Shown here piece by piece: positions 24,199 to 37,469 of a DNA stretch of 64,000 nt (positions are counted from its first letter, which is position 1; each line of letters begins with the position of its first letter). The notes under the pieces were generated by a model that saw nothing but the letters and a program-made list of their open reading frames with translations, did no database searches and was not told the DNA's origin. The translations under genes were made by a program, and so were the position numbers. This DNA is from Podarcis vaucheri (taxonomy: Eukaryota): the NCBI GenBank assembly GCA_965113315.1, contig OZ220374.1. One strand, given 5' to 3'.

Positions 24199-27100
24199 CA
24201 CACTCTTTCCTGTCCCACACACACACGTTATATTTTTATTTGAACTTAGAGGCTCCGCAAACATTTCTGTCAATCTACCGTTATTGGGCCAATCAGATCC
24301 CTGCACTCCTCAGCCAATCCCAAAGTATAGCTATGGCAAAAAAGGCCCCTCCCATATGCCCCTAAGCAGAAGAACCATGTGATTGATAGGAGTGCCCAGT
24401 GTGAAGCCTTGCAGTCCATCTGTTGTTATGAGGGCTAACCTGCATTCACAGTTATTGGTCTAGGAGGACTGCCTTTAAGAGCAGTCCGAACCTGCTCAGA
24501 GCTGTCTCCTAAGGCCACACCCACATCACAACGCACATTCTTTGTAGCTAGCCAGGAGAAGGGTGTGGTTGATAGCTTGAGCAGCTTTTCTATTCTGAAA
24601 ATATGTTAAGAGAGAGCAGTGGTGGAGAGATTGTGTGAGTATCTTTCCATTCGATGTACTTTTTGCTTAACCTCTACTAGCAGTTATTTTTGTGAATGGG
24701 GTTGAAGGGTTGGGAGAATAAATTGTGGGTGGCTTCTCTGTGTGTGGCAGCTATCAACACTTGTGTGTTATTGCAACCTTAGGGTTTGGGCGTGTCTAGG
24801 TTTGAGGGGGAAAATATTGAGGTTTTGTGTTCCTGTTTTTCTTTAGATTGAAAAATGCTGTGGGTTTTTGTTTTTGTTAGTTTGGCTACTGTAAGAACAG
24901 AATGCTGGACCAGATGGGACTTTGTCCGGACTCAGCCGAATCTTCTACTGTGGTGAATGTACAGTACTGCTTATGCAAAGACTGTCTGTTGTGGAATCAC
25001 CTTATTAACTACAAACAAGTTCTTCATTGGGTGTGGAAGGTGCACCCTGTTGCATGCTCATGGGATTTATTTATGAGGCTCATCATTCCTAATTATGTCT
25101 CCTCTCCTCATGTATGTGAAAGGAGGTTGTGGTTTGCAAGGAGGAGTTGATATTATAAGTTAAATCCCTTAAGCTTCATCACACTTACTTCTCCATAAGT
25201 CAATTGGCAAAAGCCTCCTTGTCTCCATACATTTAAAAAAGAAAGACAATAGATAGAGGATCTGGAGACTTAAAAGTCCTCCTCTGTCACTGGCAGTGTG
25301 TAGTACATTTCTCTCATATTCTTTCAATCAAAGGGGTTGCTATTTCGCCATGACTTAGAGCAGAAATGAAACAATACTCAGGTTGCACTTTAGAGGCTAG
25401 CAAATGCATTTTATTCCATATTCCGGTGAGGAAGACGTAGAAATGAATAAGCTGTGGAGGGGGTAATATTTTCACATAGCTCTGGAAATTAATAGGATCC
25501 CTTTTTAAAAGTCCTGTGGGGTATCTTTAATATTAACCCATTCGTGCTGCAATCCTGTACATTCTTATTGGGAAGCAATCCCCATGGAATTCAGCCATAT
25601 TTACCTCTGGATAATAAGCAATTGTAGCATGAGTCCACACTAGAAATTATGGGAGCAGGGCCTCATTCTGAACACTTGGGTGCTAAGTATTAACAAAGCT
25701 GCTATGATTACGCGTCCCCTGTTTCTTTGCAAAGGATGAGGACAGGGAGAGAATCAGAGCAGGTGGAGAAGAAAACAACTTTTCTCCCAGCAAAGAAGCA
25801 ATTGTGACTAGAGGGGCCCCTTCTGAACAAAAGTAAGACATTTTCAGTTTAGTAAGGTGTTGAGCATCGCTGCTTTACAAATAGTTAAGGGACCATGGTA
25901 TATTTGTAAGGAAGAAGGATGGGGAGAAACCAGAAATTGGCTATGCCCTCATGACCCTTCATTGGCCAAACCCTCTTGACCTCTGAGAAGCTCCACCAAT
26001 TCTAGTGAGTGTCTGCTGCAACTGAAATTGGGCATGGGGAACCCGTGTCCCTCTAGCTTTTTCTGGACTTCAGCTCCAGTCAGCGCAAAGAAAGGTCAGG
26101 GATGATGAGAGTTGTAGTCACAACATCTGGAAGGCCAAAACTTTCCCAAACACAACATTGTCCAGCATCCTTTCCGCCCCATCCCTTGGGTCAAGTGGGA
26201 CTCTTAGGTTCTGTTCACCGCCGCCTCTTCCATCAGCATAGCCACCTATTGTTATCACCATCATCATTATTAATTTCTACCCCACTTTTCTAATTAAAAC
26301 ACAAGATGCTGTGGACAATTTAAAACACACCATCGATATTAAAATGAACACTCAGTTTAAAACAATCATGACAGCAACTGTTATTATTAAAATTTATTCA
26401 ATCTCCATAGGCATGAAATACCGATCTGCAGCTAAACTCAACAACTCTTTTCAAAGCACTGGGGTTTTGGGGTGGGGGACACAGGAACAACTTATAGGAT
26501 GATGCAGACCATTTTTTTGGAGAGGCCAAAGACAACCAATGTTGAGCAGTAATTCTCTGTTCCAGGTCAGAAACTCCAAGTTGGAAGGAGGCTGAGAGAG
26601 AGGGAAAGTGTGGAAAGTATCCCAGTATAAAACCAGGCTTCAGGTTGTTTCCCAATACACATTCTTTAGTTCTCAGCCAGGAGGACCAGTAGAATTGCCC
26701 TTCAGGTACATGCAGAGTCCTACCCAGATCTCAAGGCAGACCTGTCCTTTTCCTCAGGAATAGGAAGGTGTTAGCATTTCTCTCAACACTGAATAATTTT
26801 TCTAAAACGATGCTGGTGCTAAAGTCTACAGGGACCTCACACCCTCGGCCCTGGAAGTCCTTTGCAATTCCCACATGTATGGGAGATGAAGAGTGATGGC
26901 AGTGGCTGTTCTGCCTTTATCTCTGGCATCCTTAATGTAATTTATTGGAGTGAGAGAAGGGCTCTCCAGGCGCTCGCTTCAAGCTATCTTAGCCAATAAA
27001 ACTGCTCCCCATCTCCACTTCCATGGTACACTTTTAAAGGACATTTCCTCCAAATAAACCTGGGAATTGTAGTTTGCCCCTCACACAGCTACGGTTCCCA

Positions 27101-27264
27101 ACGCACCTGGGGAAACTTTGGGGGAAATGTATAGTGTGTGTACACTTCTTGAGAAATCTGTTTCCCTGAACCCATGTATTTAGGCTGATGCAGTCAACCC
27201 AGGGCAGAAAACAAGAAGGGGAAGATTGCGGGGCAGGGGAGTTGGAACCCCAGGAAGCTTTCTT

Positions 27265-27430
27265 AGACCGAGTCAGACCTCTGTGGTCCATCCAGCTCGG
27301 TGTGGTTTGTTTGCACTGCCAGGCAGCCGCTCTGCAGAATTTCAGCTTAGGCCGAAGGTGCCGAGAACCGAACCGGGACCTCCTTGCACGCCAAGTGTTT
27401 GCATCACAGCGCAGCTACGGCTCCTCCCCT
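27265..27430 (-). mobile_element. tRNA-derived SINE remnant
   Basis: gaaccgggacctccttgcacgccaag...cagctacggc is the reverse complement of a tRNA-like head. A related copy lies at about 3650-3965. Confidence 0.5.
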
Positions 27431-27549
27431 TGGAAGAGTCTTGCGGAAAGGACTTGGGTTGAGGAGAAAAAGAACGATTAGCTGTTCAGGAAGGAAGATG
27501 ATGTCAGGCTGCTGGGGAGGGAGGGAAAACCCTGGAAAAGGGAAAGGGG

Positions 27550-30500
27550 TCATCGATCCCTACCAAGAACTCCCATCATGCCCTTCTTCCTGTCTAAACC
27601 CGGGAGGTGGCTTTCCTGAAATCCATCTCTTTGGGCTGCGTAATGGGGTCCCCTAATCCCAGACGTGCGCTGCTTGGATGGCTGCCACTCCTTAGGGGCG
27701 AGGAGGAGGATGGTTTTTCCTGGCTGGCCACGTTGCATCCCCGCCGTTCCTCCACGGCAAAATTCCCCTCTCCCATTGTACCTTCACAACAACCCTGCGA
27801 GGAGGCCGCCTGGGCTGGGCGGCCCCCACCCCAGCGATCGCAGCACTAGGGTGGGAAGCGGAGGTTCTTTATTCCAGCCCCACTCCCACCGCACGCCGGC
27901 TCTCTCCCCACATGTGCTGGGGCTTGTTTTCATTATTTTTTATGACTTCGCGCGATCCCAGAGGCTGGGACCTGCCATTCAAACAAGACCCGAGGCTGCG
28001 CTTTATATTTCCCCAAAGCAAGGTCGGAAATAGAGGTAGTAAGCAAACGGCTGGAGGAAACGCTGGAGAAGCGGGCAGGACACACACACACACAGAGAGA
28101 GAGGGGGGGGGGGGCTTGGCGGCGGCAGCGGTGGCTCTTGAGATTTCCTCCTCCTTGGCGTGGAGGGGGGTCCCAGGCATGTGCGCCCCCCCTCCCAGCT
28201 CCACGACCCCCTCCTGCCCCGCCAGGGATCCGAGCCACGCGCTCTTGCACCCAGGCGCACCCTGGGGGAGGTGCTCGGCCCGAGACAAAAGCATTTGTTG
28301 GGCCCCGGCCGGAACAAAAAAGAGCGAGCCCTGGGGAGGGGGGAAGCTGACCCCCTCCCTCCACCCCTCTCCTCCTGGGATTTGGGGAGAAGGCAGCTCC
28401 CAGCGCGCTCCTCCTTAATCCGCCTTCCGAAGCACAAAGCCCTCTCAGCTTTTTCACCCCCGAGATGCAGCAGCCTGGAGAGGCCACTCACCTCTGGGTT
28501 GCAGCCCAGACTGGGAGCGCGCAGGCTTCAAAGATGGACTAGCGCAGCGCTCTCGCTCTCTCCCCCCGTCCCCAACCTTCCCCACCCCCCTTCCAGCCCC
28601 ACAGCGGAGAATCGCGGGGTTTCCCAGCCCACAAAGCCGCCTTTCCTCCCCAGTCCAACGAGAGAGAGAGAAATGGGGATCCCCTCCTTGGCTCAGGATA
28701 CAGACCTCGATCGCGGCAAGATTTAATGCCTTCCAGCCCCAGGGAGGGTTCCCTGCCTTCCTCGCCGCTTTGATTCCCAGCGCGCCTTTCCCGGGTTGAG
28801 AAATCGGATCCCCCGATTTAATTTCTGCCCCCACCTCACCTCACCCTCTCCTGCCTCCCCAAGACCCACTGAACATGAGGTGGTCCGCAGAGGCCGCAGG
28901 GGTTAGGGGGCCAAACGCCCTTGCAACCCCGGAAGCGAGTGCTCTCCCGCCTCCGACCGCTGCTTCCAAGTAAAAAGAAGCATAAAGTTTCGGGCGACGG
29001 AGTTCCTTGGGACCCCAGCTCAGATCCCGGGCGCCTTCTCCTGGCGAGCAAATCCCCTCGACCTCCAGCGCGCTGAGCGAGTTTCCTCGAAGGCAAGGCC
29101 CGTGGAAATCGAGGGGATCTACCCCCGAGTAAATGCCCCGTCGCGCTTTGCAAAGGGAAGGGAGCCCAGCCAAGCAGCCCTCGGCTGTGTGCGTATCCCG
29201 AATTTCCCTTTTGTGCGCTATCCTGACCTGTCTCATAACCTTGTAATCCACTGGAATCTTTTCGGGACGACCTCTTTCTTTTTGGATTACCCTACCGCCA
29301 ACATGGGTTGTTTTTAGCCCTAGATACAGCACATTTAGAATTATTGTTTTTTTTTTTTTAAAAAAAGAATATTTTATATTATTGCTGCAGTACTAAGAGC
29401 CACAATGTGGCTGCAACATAGGCAAGGCTCCTTGATCAGGTCAAGAGATGGTCAGAAAGTCCTGGTTTGTTTTCTGCAAATTTGCAGGCAAATGGACGGT
29501 TCTATTTTTTCCATAGAGGTGGGGGGAGAGAGAGAAAGCTTGTACAGTACATTTATTTCCGTTTGGGTCCTCGATCACGGGGGGGGGGTTACTGAAAACC
29601 CTTCCGTTTGTTTCACGCCGATTCACAATCAAGTGGCCTGTTTTTCACTCGCATTTTTAAAGTGTGCAGATCTTCATCGAAAACCCGTCGGTTGTGTCTG
29701 GTTTTCCCAGACGAATACCCGCTGTCTGGTTGTCTCTAGTAGTAGTTATATATATATATACGTACACACGTACAACTTGTCTTGCATTTCTCTTTAAATG
29801 AATGGAAATTTCTTCCAACAGGCGCCGAGGAGGCTTGATTTAACAAGGAAAACCCGGCCAGGTGCCGCGCCTGAGAGGGCTTCCCTCATTCCCGAGCAGG
29901 CCACGTCGTAGGAAATGAACTAAAGGAAACGGACTGTGAATTTGGGATTTCCATTGGCCTCCCGGACTTCTCTGTTTCCCCGGGTCATAAAGGCGCCCAT
30001 GCAGCCTTACTGACTTCAGCGCCACTTAGCTGAGATTTTCATCCCAGAGGGCATCACATTTTTCTCCTATTAAGCATTCCAGTTGTAAATATAATAAGCC
30101 GCCCGGGATCTGGACTTATCACAGACGTAGTCTGTGAATTAAAAATTACCGTCTCCGTTACTGTTACTACTAGTATCGCTACTACCACCTAAAAATAACG
30201 ATGGTGCCAACAATAGTAAGGTAGTGGTATTTGGTGGGGGGTGGGAGTGTCAGACTCTGTACCCAAAAGCAAGCCCCAGCCCGAAGATTGCGATCTCCCA
30301 AGAAAGAATGCAGCAATCCAGACATTTACTTGCAACGATGTCGCTGAATCTTGCTAAATGTGGCAAGGAGCGGGAGGTCGCAGATGATACGGATGGGGGG
30401 GGGGGAGGTTAAGGCGTTTCAAAAGGAAAAGCAGAGCTAAAGCTCTCCCATCTCTGTGAGAGAGGCAGATAGAGCGAGAGGGATCCCTGGCTCTTGCTGC

Positions 30501-31020
30501 CCGAAATAAATGGATTTGCCCGTGCTGAGCAGGAGCCGACGACCACCTGAGGCCGCTGAGCAGGTCCGGATTCTTTTGCGAGGGGGCGCGCAGTGAAGCC
30601 CGCTTTCTTCTCTCTCCCCCCCCTCGCCCATGTCCACCTCCCCCGCTCCTTTCTCTGTAGACTAACGCTGGGGATCCTTCAGCGTTTCAATCCCTCACTG
30701 ACATGTCCGTGCAGAGGCATTAACATTATTGATTGCTAATGGGGGAAATCCAAAGTTTCTTTGTGAGCGCCCAAAACGAGCACATGTTGGGCGCCGCAGC
30801 GCGCAGACCCGGGAGCTGAAAGGCAGAGCGGCGCTTGGGCGCATCTCGCCCTCAAAGCGCCAGGATCGCCTCGGCCCAACGGCGCCCGCTTGCCAGATCA
30901 ATACCTGTCCCCGGGGCGGAGAGAGACCGCGAGTTTCCTGCAAAACTCACCTAGCTCCTTTAAAAAAAAAAAAAAAAAAAAAAAGCCACATAATCGACCC
31001 CGCGGTATTGTATCCTCCTG
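27550..31020. promoter_or_regulatory. CpG island cluster downstream of SKIDA1
   Basis: CpG-dense blocks at 27.6-29.3 kb and 29.8-31.0 kb, interleaved with AT-rich enhancer-like blocks. Confidence 0.5.
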
Positions 31021-32929
31021 CCCAGGACCTTCCATGGGGGAAGTTGGTGATTCAGTTGCCTTGAATAGCTACTCCTGTGTGTGGGCGAGATGATAGATAA
31101 GATATAGAATGGGGGTGGGGAGATAATCAGATGCGGGTACAAATAATTCAGATCATCTGAATATTATCTAATATCATCTGCTCCCTTACACTCCGGCTAC
31201 ACTGCAAGAGAGACCAACAACTTGTGAAAGATATCAAGCGTGGAAAGGAACTCCCAAGCGCTTGGCTTCCATTGAAAGTCGCCTCACTTCAAGATCCTGG
31301 GCTCCTCTTTTTTCCCACCCAAGCCAAAGAGTTTATGATCGGGTTGTTGGCTTAGAACACCGCTAGAAGCAACATGCAAAGCGAACTACTAACTACAGTC
31401 CAGCCAGATGAGTCAAAAGGACATTTCAGGCAGCTTTAGAACTTGATCGAAACTAAATGCTTGGATTTTCAGGTCTAGTCCTGGAGTGGGCTGCAATGCA
31501 GTAGTGGTGGGTTTTTTTGTGTGTGGGTTGCTTGGAATGGCATTACCCGTATTTACAGGTCAGCAGTTTACACAGTTAATAGCAGGCTTAATGTGAGGTG
31601 GAAAAGATCTGAGATTGCTTTGGTAGTTCAATCATATAAGTACAAGGTGAGCGTTTTGGTGTCTAGGAAGAAAAAAAGTCAAAAAGGCCAGTAGTGTTTT
31701 AGAGGTGAATTTGTTTTTTGTTTTTGTTTTTGTTTTTTGCATGGATCTATTGATGTTTTTATTCTAATTCCTCCATTGGAAACCTCTGCTCCTAACACAT
31801 GAAAGCTCATGCCGGTTACTTAGTAAAGAGCCACGTCGTTTTTGTTGTTGTTGCTAAAGTATGGAGGCATCTTCCTTCTGTGAAACTGCAGTATGCAGAT
31901 CTTCCTGGGTTCAAGGGAACTTCTTTTCAAAACAGGCTCAATCAATCAATTCATGTTTTAAGGGGAGAATAAAGGCCCTTCTTTATATTGTATACTCAGA
32001 TCTCTTATCTGATGCAAACAGTCTATCATCCCCAGTGACCTAGGGAGTCAAATATAGTGGGCTGCTTTTCCACTTTGCTCCAAGATTTTTGCGGCACCAA
32101 CGCGTGCTCCGTTCCGGGTACACAAAGCAAGTTTAGAATTTCCCCCTCCCCTCTTAGCAGTCAATAATGTTAATGTCCCACTATCTCCATTGGAGACAAC
32201 TTAAAAGCATTTCTAAGAAGGAAATGGTCAGTTTCAAGTTGTCCAAGGCAAACCTGGTGAGGTTTGTAAAATACTCCGTAACGTTAAACTGCATATTCCC
32301 ATAATTTGTAATGGCTAAAGCTGTCTAAGAAACAGGGGTGATTTATTTTTTATTTTTGTACATTTACCCGAATGAGAACTAGACTTGGCCTCATGAATAC
32401 AGGGCTGGTTTGAGTACCACTGACCACTTAATGAGATCTTAATAACCTGAAGCCAATTTGTTCAAATACTATCTATGCTCTATAGATTATCATTGAACAA
32501 CGCATCCTACAGAAGAATCTTGTACAATATGAAAGGGTGCTACTCTTCTATAGTAGGGTAGGAAAAAACCTACATGGTAAGTTATGTTGGGTCCTATCTG
32601 TCTTTCTGATCCTCTGATCTTACATTTACTTGGAAACAAGGCTCATCAGGGTTGCTTACCTCCAAACAGGGGACAAGCGGATTGCAGCACAGAAGGAGAA
32701 GTCCTTATGAGATTCCTGAAACTGGGATTTCCCCCCTCCCCCCATCTCCCCCTCTCATTGTGATTTAGCCCAGCTAGGTAGTAAGCTTGTTTATAAGACT
32801 AAATGAATGAGGATCTGGCTGAGCGATGCTGACCCTGAGTAAACAAACAGCATTCACATTTATGGTGGGGTGTTTTTTTGTGTGTGTGTTTTTTGGTTAA
32901 GTTGCAAATATTTCTAGCAAAACTGGGAT

Positions 32930-35281
32930 GTCGTAAGGGGCCCTCACCGGTCTGTGACACAGAAAACCCTTAAGATTCTCTCTTTTACACACGCGCGTAC
33001 ACAATTTACAACGATGCTGAGTGGCCTGGATAGAATTCGCCGCAGAGGTAGCAGCGGTGACGGTGCTGTTCCCCCACCGGTTTTGCTGGGGGGAGAAAGA
33101 GAAGGAAAACGAAAGGGACGGCTGTTTGAAATGCAAAGGGAGGGGGGGGATGTGAACTGACCCGAGCGACAGTTTAAATGGGATGGTTTTATCTCTCCAG
33201 TATTTCTGAGCAGCGCTTTCCCAACTGGCTTGTGGGGGCAGATCTTTCGCCCTGAGCTGGGGAAGAGCAGTTGCAGTGGAAACGAAATGCAGCTTGATGG
33301 AAGTATCCTGTTTAGAGGGAAATGGGCTGCGCTGCCTCACAACTCTCCTTGGGGCGTGTTAATAAAAAAAGAAAAGAAAAAGAGGGGACGGGGGAAGCGG
33401 TTTTGTGCGTGTTGCGATCTTTCTACGGCCTGCCTCTCCCATTCGCAGCAGTTGGAAACGGCCGCCGAAGTAAATAACGTGCAGCGTCGGCGTCTTAACT
33501 TCTTTCCTGCCGCTTTTATCTCAGATCTTGGGGGGGGGGGGGACAGGCAGAAGATGAGATCTTAACGCTCAGTCTAGTGGGGGGTGAGGCGAGCAAGTGC
33601 CGGTTGCTGCTGCTGCCGCCGCCGGAGGAGTCCGGAAGACAACGAGCGAGTTTGGGCGTTTTGAGGCTCAAGAGGAAAAGCCCCATAAAAGTAGAGGGAG
33701 GCACGTACATTTCATGGCAATGTGTATTTTGTAATATACAGACACACGTGCGCCGGGAGGGCGGCTGGAATGGCGCGCGGAGTCGGTGGATCAGCTGCTG
33801 CTGCTGCTCCTTCTTTTGAGTCTGCGGGCTTCTCATTTTCCTTTGAAAGCCAGAAATAGTGAAAAGCTCTCACTGGCCGGCAGCTCTTTGGGACAGGAGA
33901 GCTGGCTGTAGTTTTCACGGTATAACCCTCCCCACCCCCAAAAAATAAAATAAATCCTACCCATCTGAAATTCTTTCTCTAAAAACAAAGCCACTTAAAC
34001 CTTTTTTTTAAACAAACACACACACACACACGCACACACAAAGTAGAAAGCATAAAAATTAGTTGGCTGAAAGAGCTGAATGCTGGACGGAGATAGCCAC
34101 GTTTTCCTCAACGTTTGGCAATTTATTTTCCGTCGTCCTTTTTTTAAAAAAAGTGGCTTGTATTTTGCGATCTCCTGGAGGCCTTCGCCAAAAGCCACGC
34201 ATGTTTACTTGATGGGCGTTTGTTGTTAGCTTTTAACAAAGGAGAGAAATCAAAGACCCTCGTGCATGTTCCCCGCTGCCATTTAAATAATTCTCCGGTT
34301 TTCTCTCTCCCTGAAATGTGCGGTTTCTTTCCTTTAGGGACCCCTGCAATCCTCCGACTCGGAACTTGGAAAAGACGGCCGAGGCCTTGTGGTTATTATT
34401 TGTTCTACTTTTCTTATATGTGTGAACTAAGAAACATTTTCAGCCCCGAGAGATTCAGAGCTGTTGCGTGGTTTTGCTCTTGCAAAACGCAGCCTCCTTT
34501 TCCCACCATCGACGTTGGTCCCGAATTGCTCTGCGGGTCCGATTTTATACCTCAGTCCTAAACACACTGAAGCGGAAGCGGCCTTCCTTGACTACAAGGC
34601 AACTTACTCCAGAGTAAATAGGGTGTGCGCGCGTGCGAGGGCTCACACAGGAAATGTGTGGGACTTACTTCCGAGTAAATGTGGCTTAGCTTGGTGTTAA
34701 GTCGTTGCATCAAAATGTCTCCTTCAGCAAAGGACTAAAATAGTTGTAACTGAATCTTTTCCAGGAAGCTGCATCAAAGAGCATCTATGGAGTTGCAGAA
34801 TTGCAAATCTGCCCTTAAAATGTGTGTGTCTGGTCCTGCATGGAATCAAGTTCCACGTATTGCATTCCGGGCCTTCCTAAACAAACAGCACCTTTGGCGC
34901 GGGAGGGAAAAAGAAAACTGGGCCCAACCATTTCCTTCCTTGCTTTCGGCTCGGCCATGGCCGATCCCAGCCTTGGCTCTTTAAAACGAGGCGGCCATTT
35001 ACTGCCCCCTTATTTCACCACTGACCAGGTTAGCTCATAAAGCTATTCACACGGCACAATGGGGATTTTCTCAACAATTAACAAGAAACAACATAATAAA
35101 GCCATTGACAAAGGCCCGGCTATTTACTAGAAATTAGGCACTCTTTAAGAGACCAGTGCGTAATTTCACACACTTTACAACCTCCCAGTGCATTTTCAAA
35201 CACCAGAGTAAACAACCTTGAGTGCACTTTTCGGCTGAAGCTGTCGCCACAACTGGCCAATTGTCTCAAAACTCCCACCTC

Positions 35282-35335
<54 letters not shown>

Positions 35336-36720
35336 ACTACCCAGCTCTGTTTTCCTTGGAACAGTTTTAAATTGCAGAGTGGATGGACTCGGAGAGCCTA
35401 TCCGCCCCAAACACTCCAAACCCTTCCCTCTACCACTCTGATCTTCCCCATATTCCTTGCGAGCAGCGCTGCGTTTCTCTCCCCATCCAAAGGTGCTTGG
35501 GCTTAAGCGGGCCGGGGAGTCGCCTCTTGTGACCCGGAAGCCCAGCTCCCAACTCTGCAGCGGCGAGCTCCGGCCCGGGCCCGTTCCTGGGGAGGGAGAA
35601 GGAAGATGGTGCGTGGAAGGCGGCCTTGCGCCGCCAATCCACCCCGGGCCTGACATTCAGAAGCCCTGCCGAATTCCTCGCGGAGCTTTGCAAGGCAGCA
35701 AATCCTTGCGCCCCGTGGATGTCCCCTATTTATTTGTGCGGCAAGCAGCGCCCTTTCTGTTGGTGCACGAAGAGCCGGCCCGAGGGTCCCCATTGGGGAG
35801 CCCTCTTCTGAATCCCCTTCGCGGGAAGGTGGGCGCGACCGAGGGGACCTTCTGTTTCAGGGCGGGCGACCCGGAAAAGGCCGGTGTGGGAGCGAGGCCT
35901 AGTCGGGAAGGGGAGCCGCTTTGGAGCAGCTGGAGAGGCGAGAGGAGACAAAAGGGAAAGGGAGAGCGGCCGGTGGAGAGGCCAGGCCCGAGTGGGCGCA
36001 GGCCCTCGACTCGGCTTTCCCTCGCCTCCTTCCTGCAAACAGAAAGGCCACCTTGAAGTGGGGCTCCGGGCCGGCCCTTCCGCCTCGCCTAAATGAGTCG
36101 GTCCCATGTCGGGGGGAGAGGAAGGGAAAGGCCAGGCGACACCAGGAGAGGCCGGCCGGGGCGAAGCACCACAAGGAGTTTGTTTTCCAGCGCGCAAGAT
36201 GGCGACCAGGAGAGGCCTCCGGCTACCGCTCCTGGCCCACGGAGCCGAGGGGAAACGGCACTCGAGTCCGCCGGTTCAGTTGCAACCAGCGATGCTCCCG
36301 CAGGAAAGCAGGAGAGTCGCTTTCCCGAGGAAGGAGCTGTGAAACTGGGAAGCCAGAGACCCCCGGACTTGGCGCATATGCGCTGCGCAGGCACTTTCGT
36401 CAAAGAGGAAAAGAAGAGCAGGGAAGCGTCGCCGGCTTCCCACCCAAATTCCCAGCCCTGTTTACAAACACAGCTGTTGTCGTAGATTTGCGAAGCACCC
36501 TAAAAGCCACCAGCCGCGAGAGAAGGTGCAGGCAAAGGAAGGGGGGGGGAGAGAGAGCAGGGGGACGGAGGGAGGGAGGTGGTCTCGGCATCTGGAAAGG
36601 ACAGAGCGCCTTGTTTTTGAAACTGTCAATTCTCTCAACCCCTATTGTGAGAGCTTCATGCAAAACATCTCGGGCCTTTTAACGCTGGGGCTTGTGAGGC
36701 CGCCTCAGATTGAAAAGGAG
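32930..36720. promoter_or_regulatory. CpG island cluster downstream of SKIDA1
   Basis: CpG-dense blocks at 33.0-33.9 kb and 35.4-36.7 kb. Confidence 0.5.
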
Positions 36721-37469
36721 AGGGAGAGAAGAGAAGGGAGGGGGAAGCCAGGGCCACACAAATAATTATATTGGAATAGACACACGCACAAACTAACTGC
36801 AACATACTGTGTGTGTGTGTGTGTCTATGTAGATATCTGTGTGCGTGCATATATATGTATATGCATACGCGCGCACACATATATACACATATGACAGATA
36901 TTTGGGAATTGCCCTTCGTTTAGCAAAAATGCGGAGGGGGGAGGTAAAATCCTTGCCTTAGTGAGGGCTAAGAAAAGCCCATGATCCCCCCGCCCAGTTC
37001 CCCCCTCAATCGTATTTTTATTAAACACGCTTGTTGTTGGAATCCCTAGGAGGAGATTTTGCCAGTGCCTGATGTTTGCAAGGGCGATTTAACAAGGTAG
37101 ATTCCCGCTCTTTGTCCTGCTTCTATTGGAAAGGAAAATTGTTCTATAAGCTTCTGCTCTTTAGGAAAGTTTCTGCTACCCCAACGGATTTGCAGTTAAA
37201 TCATGAACTTTTTTTTTCTACAACGCAAAGCATCTTAACCGTAAAAAAACCACAGCGAGCAGCACTTCCTGTGTTGTATCTGTTTTTTTCCTCCAAAAGG
37301 CCACTTTTGAGCACAACTCCTCTAAGCACGCTCACACGTGTAAAGTGAAACCAAAACATCGCATTTCTCTTCTTTCTGCAGAAACTTAAATTTATTGGCA
37401 ACTAAATCTGATAGAGCATCATCCCCCTTTGTAAATTGCCAAGGGAATGATTGAACAACAGTCTTCATA

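Noticed and set aside
27265-27430. Possible tRNA gene
   Set aside because: It is a degenerate tRNA-like head attached to SINE body sequence and cannot form a cloverleaf.
35457-36682. 199-253 aa ORFs in the 35-36 kb island, and similar ORFs at 20.4-21.6, 27.9-29.3 and 53.2-54.4 kb
   Set aside because: R/G/P/A-rich ORFs open in several frames on both strands are expected from stop-codon depletion in CpG islands.
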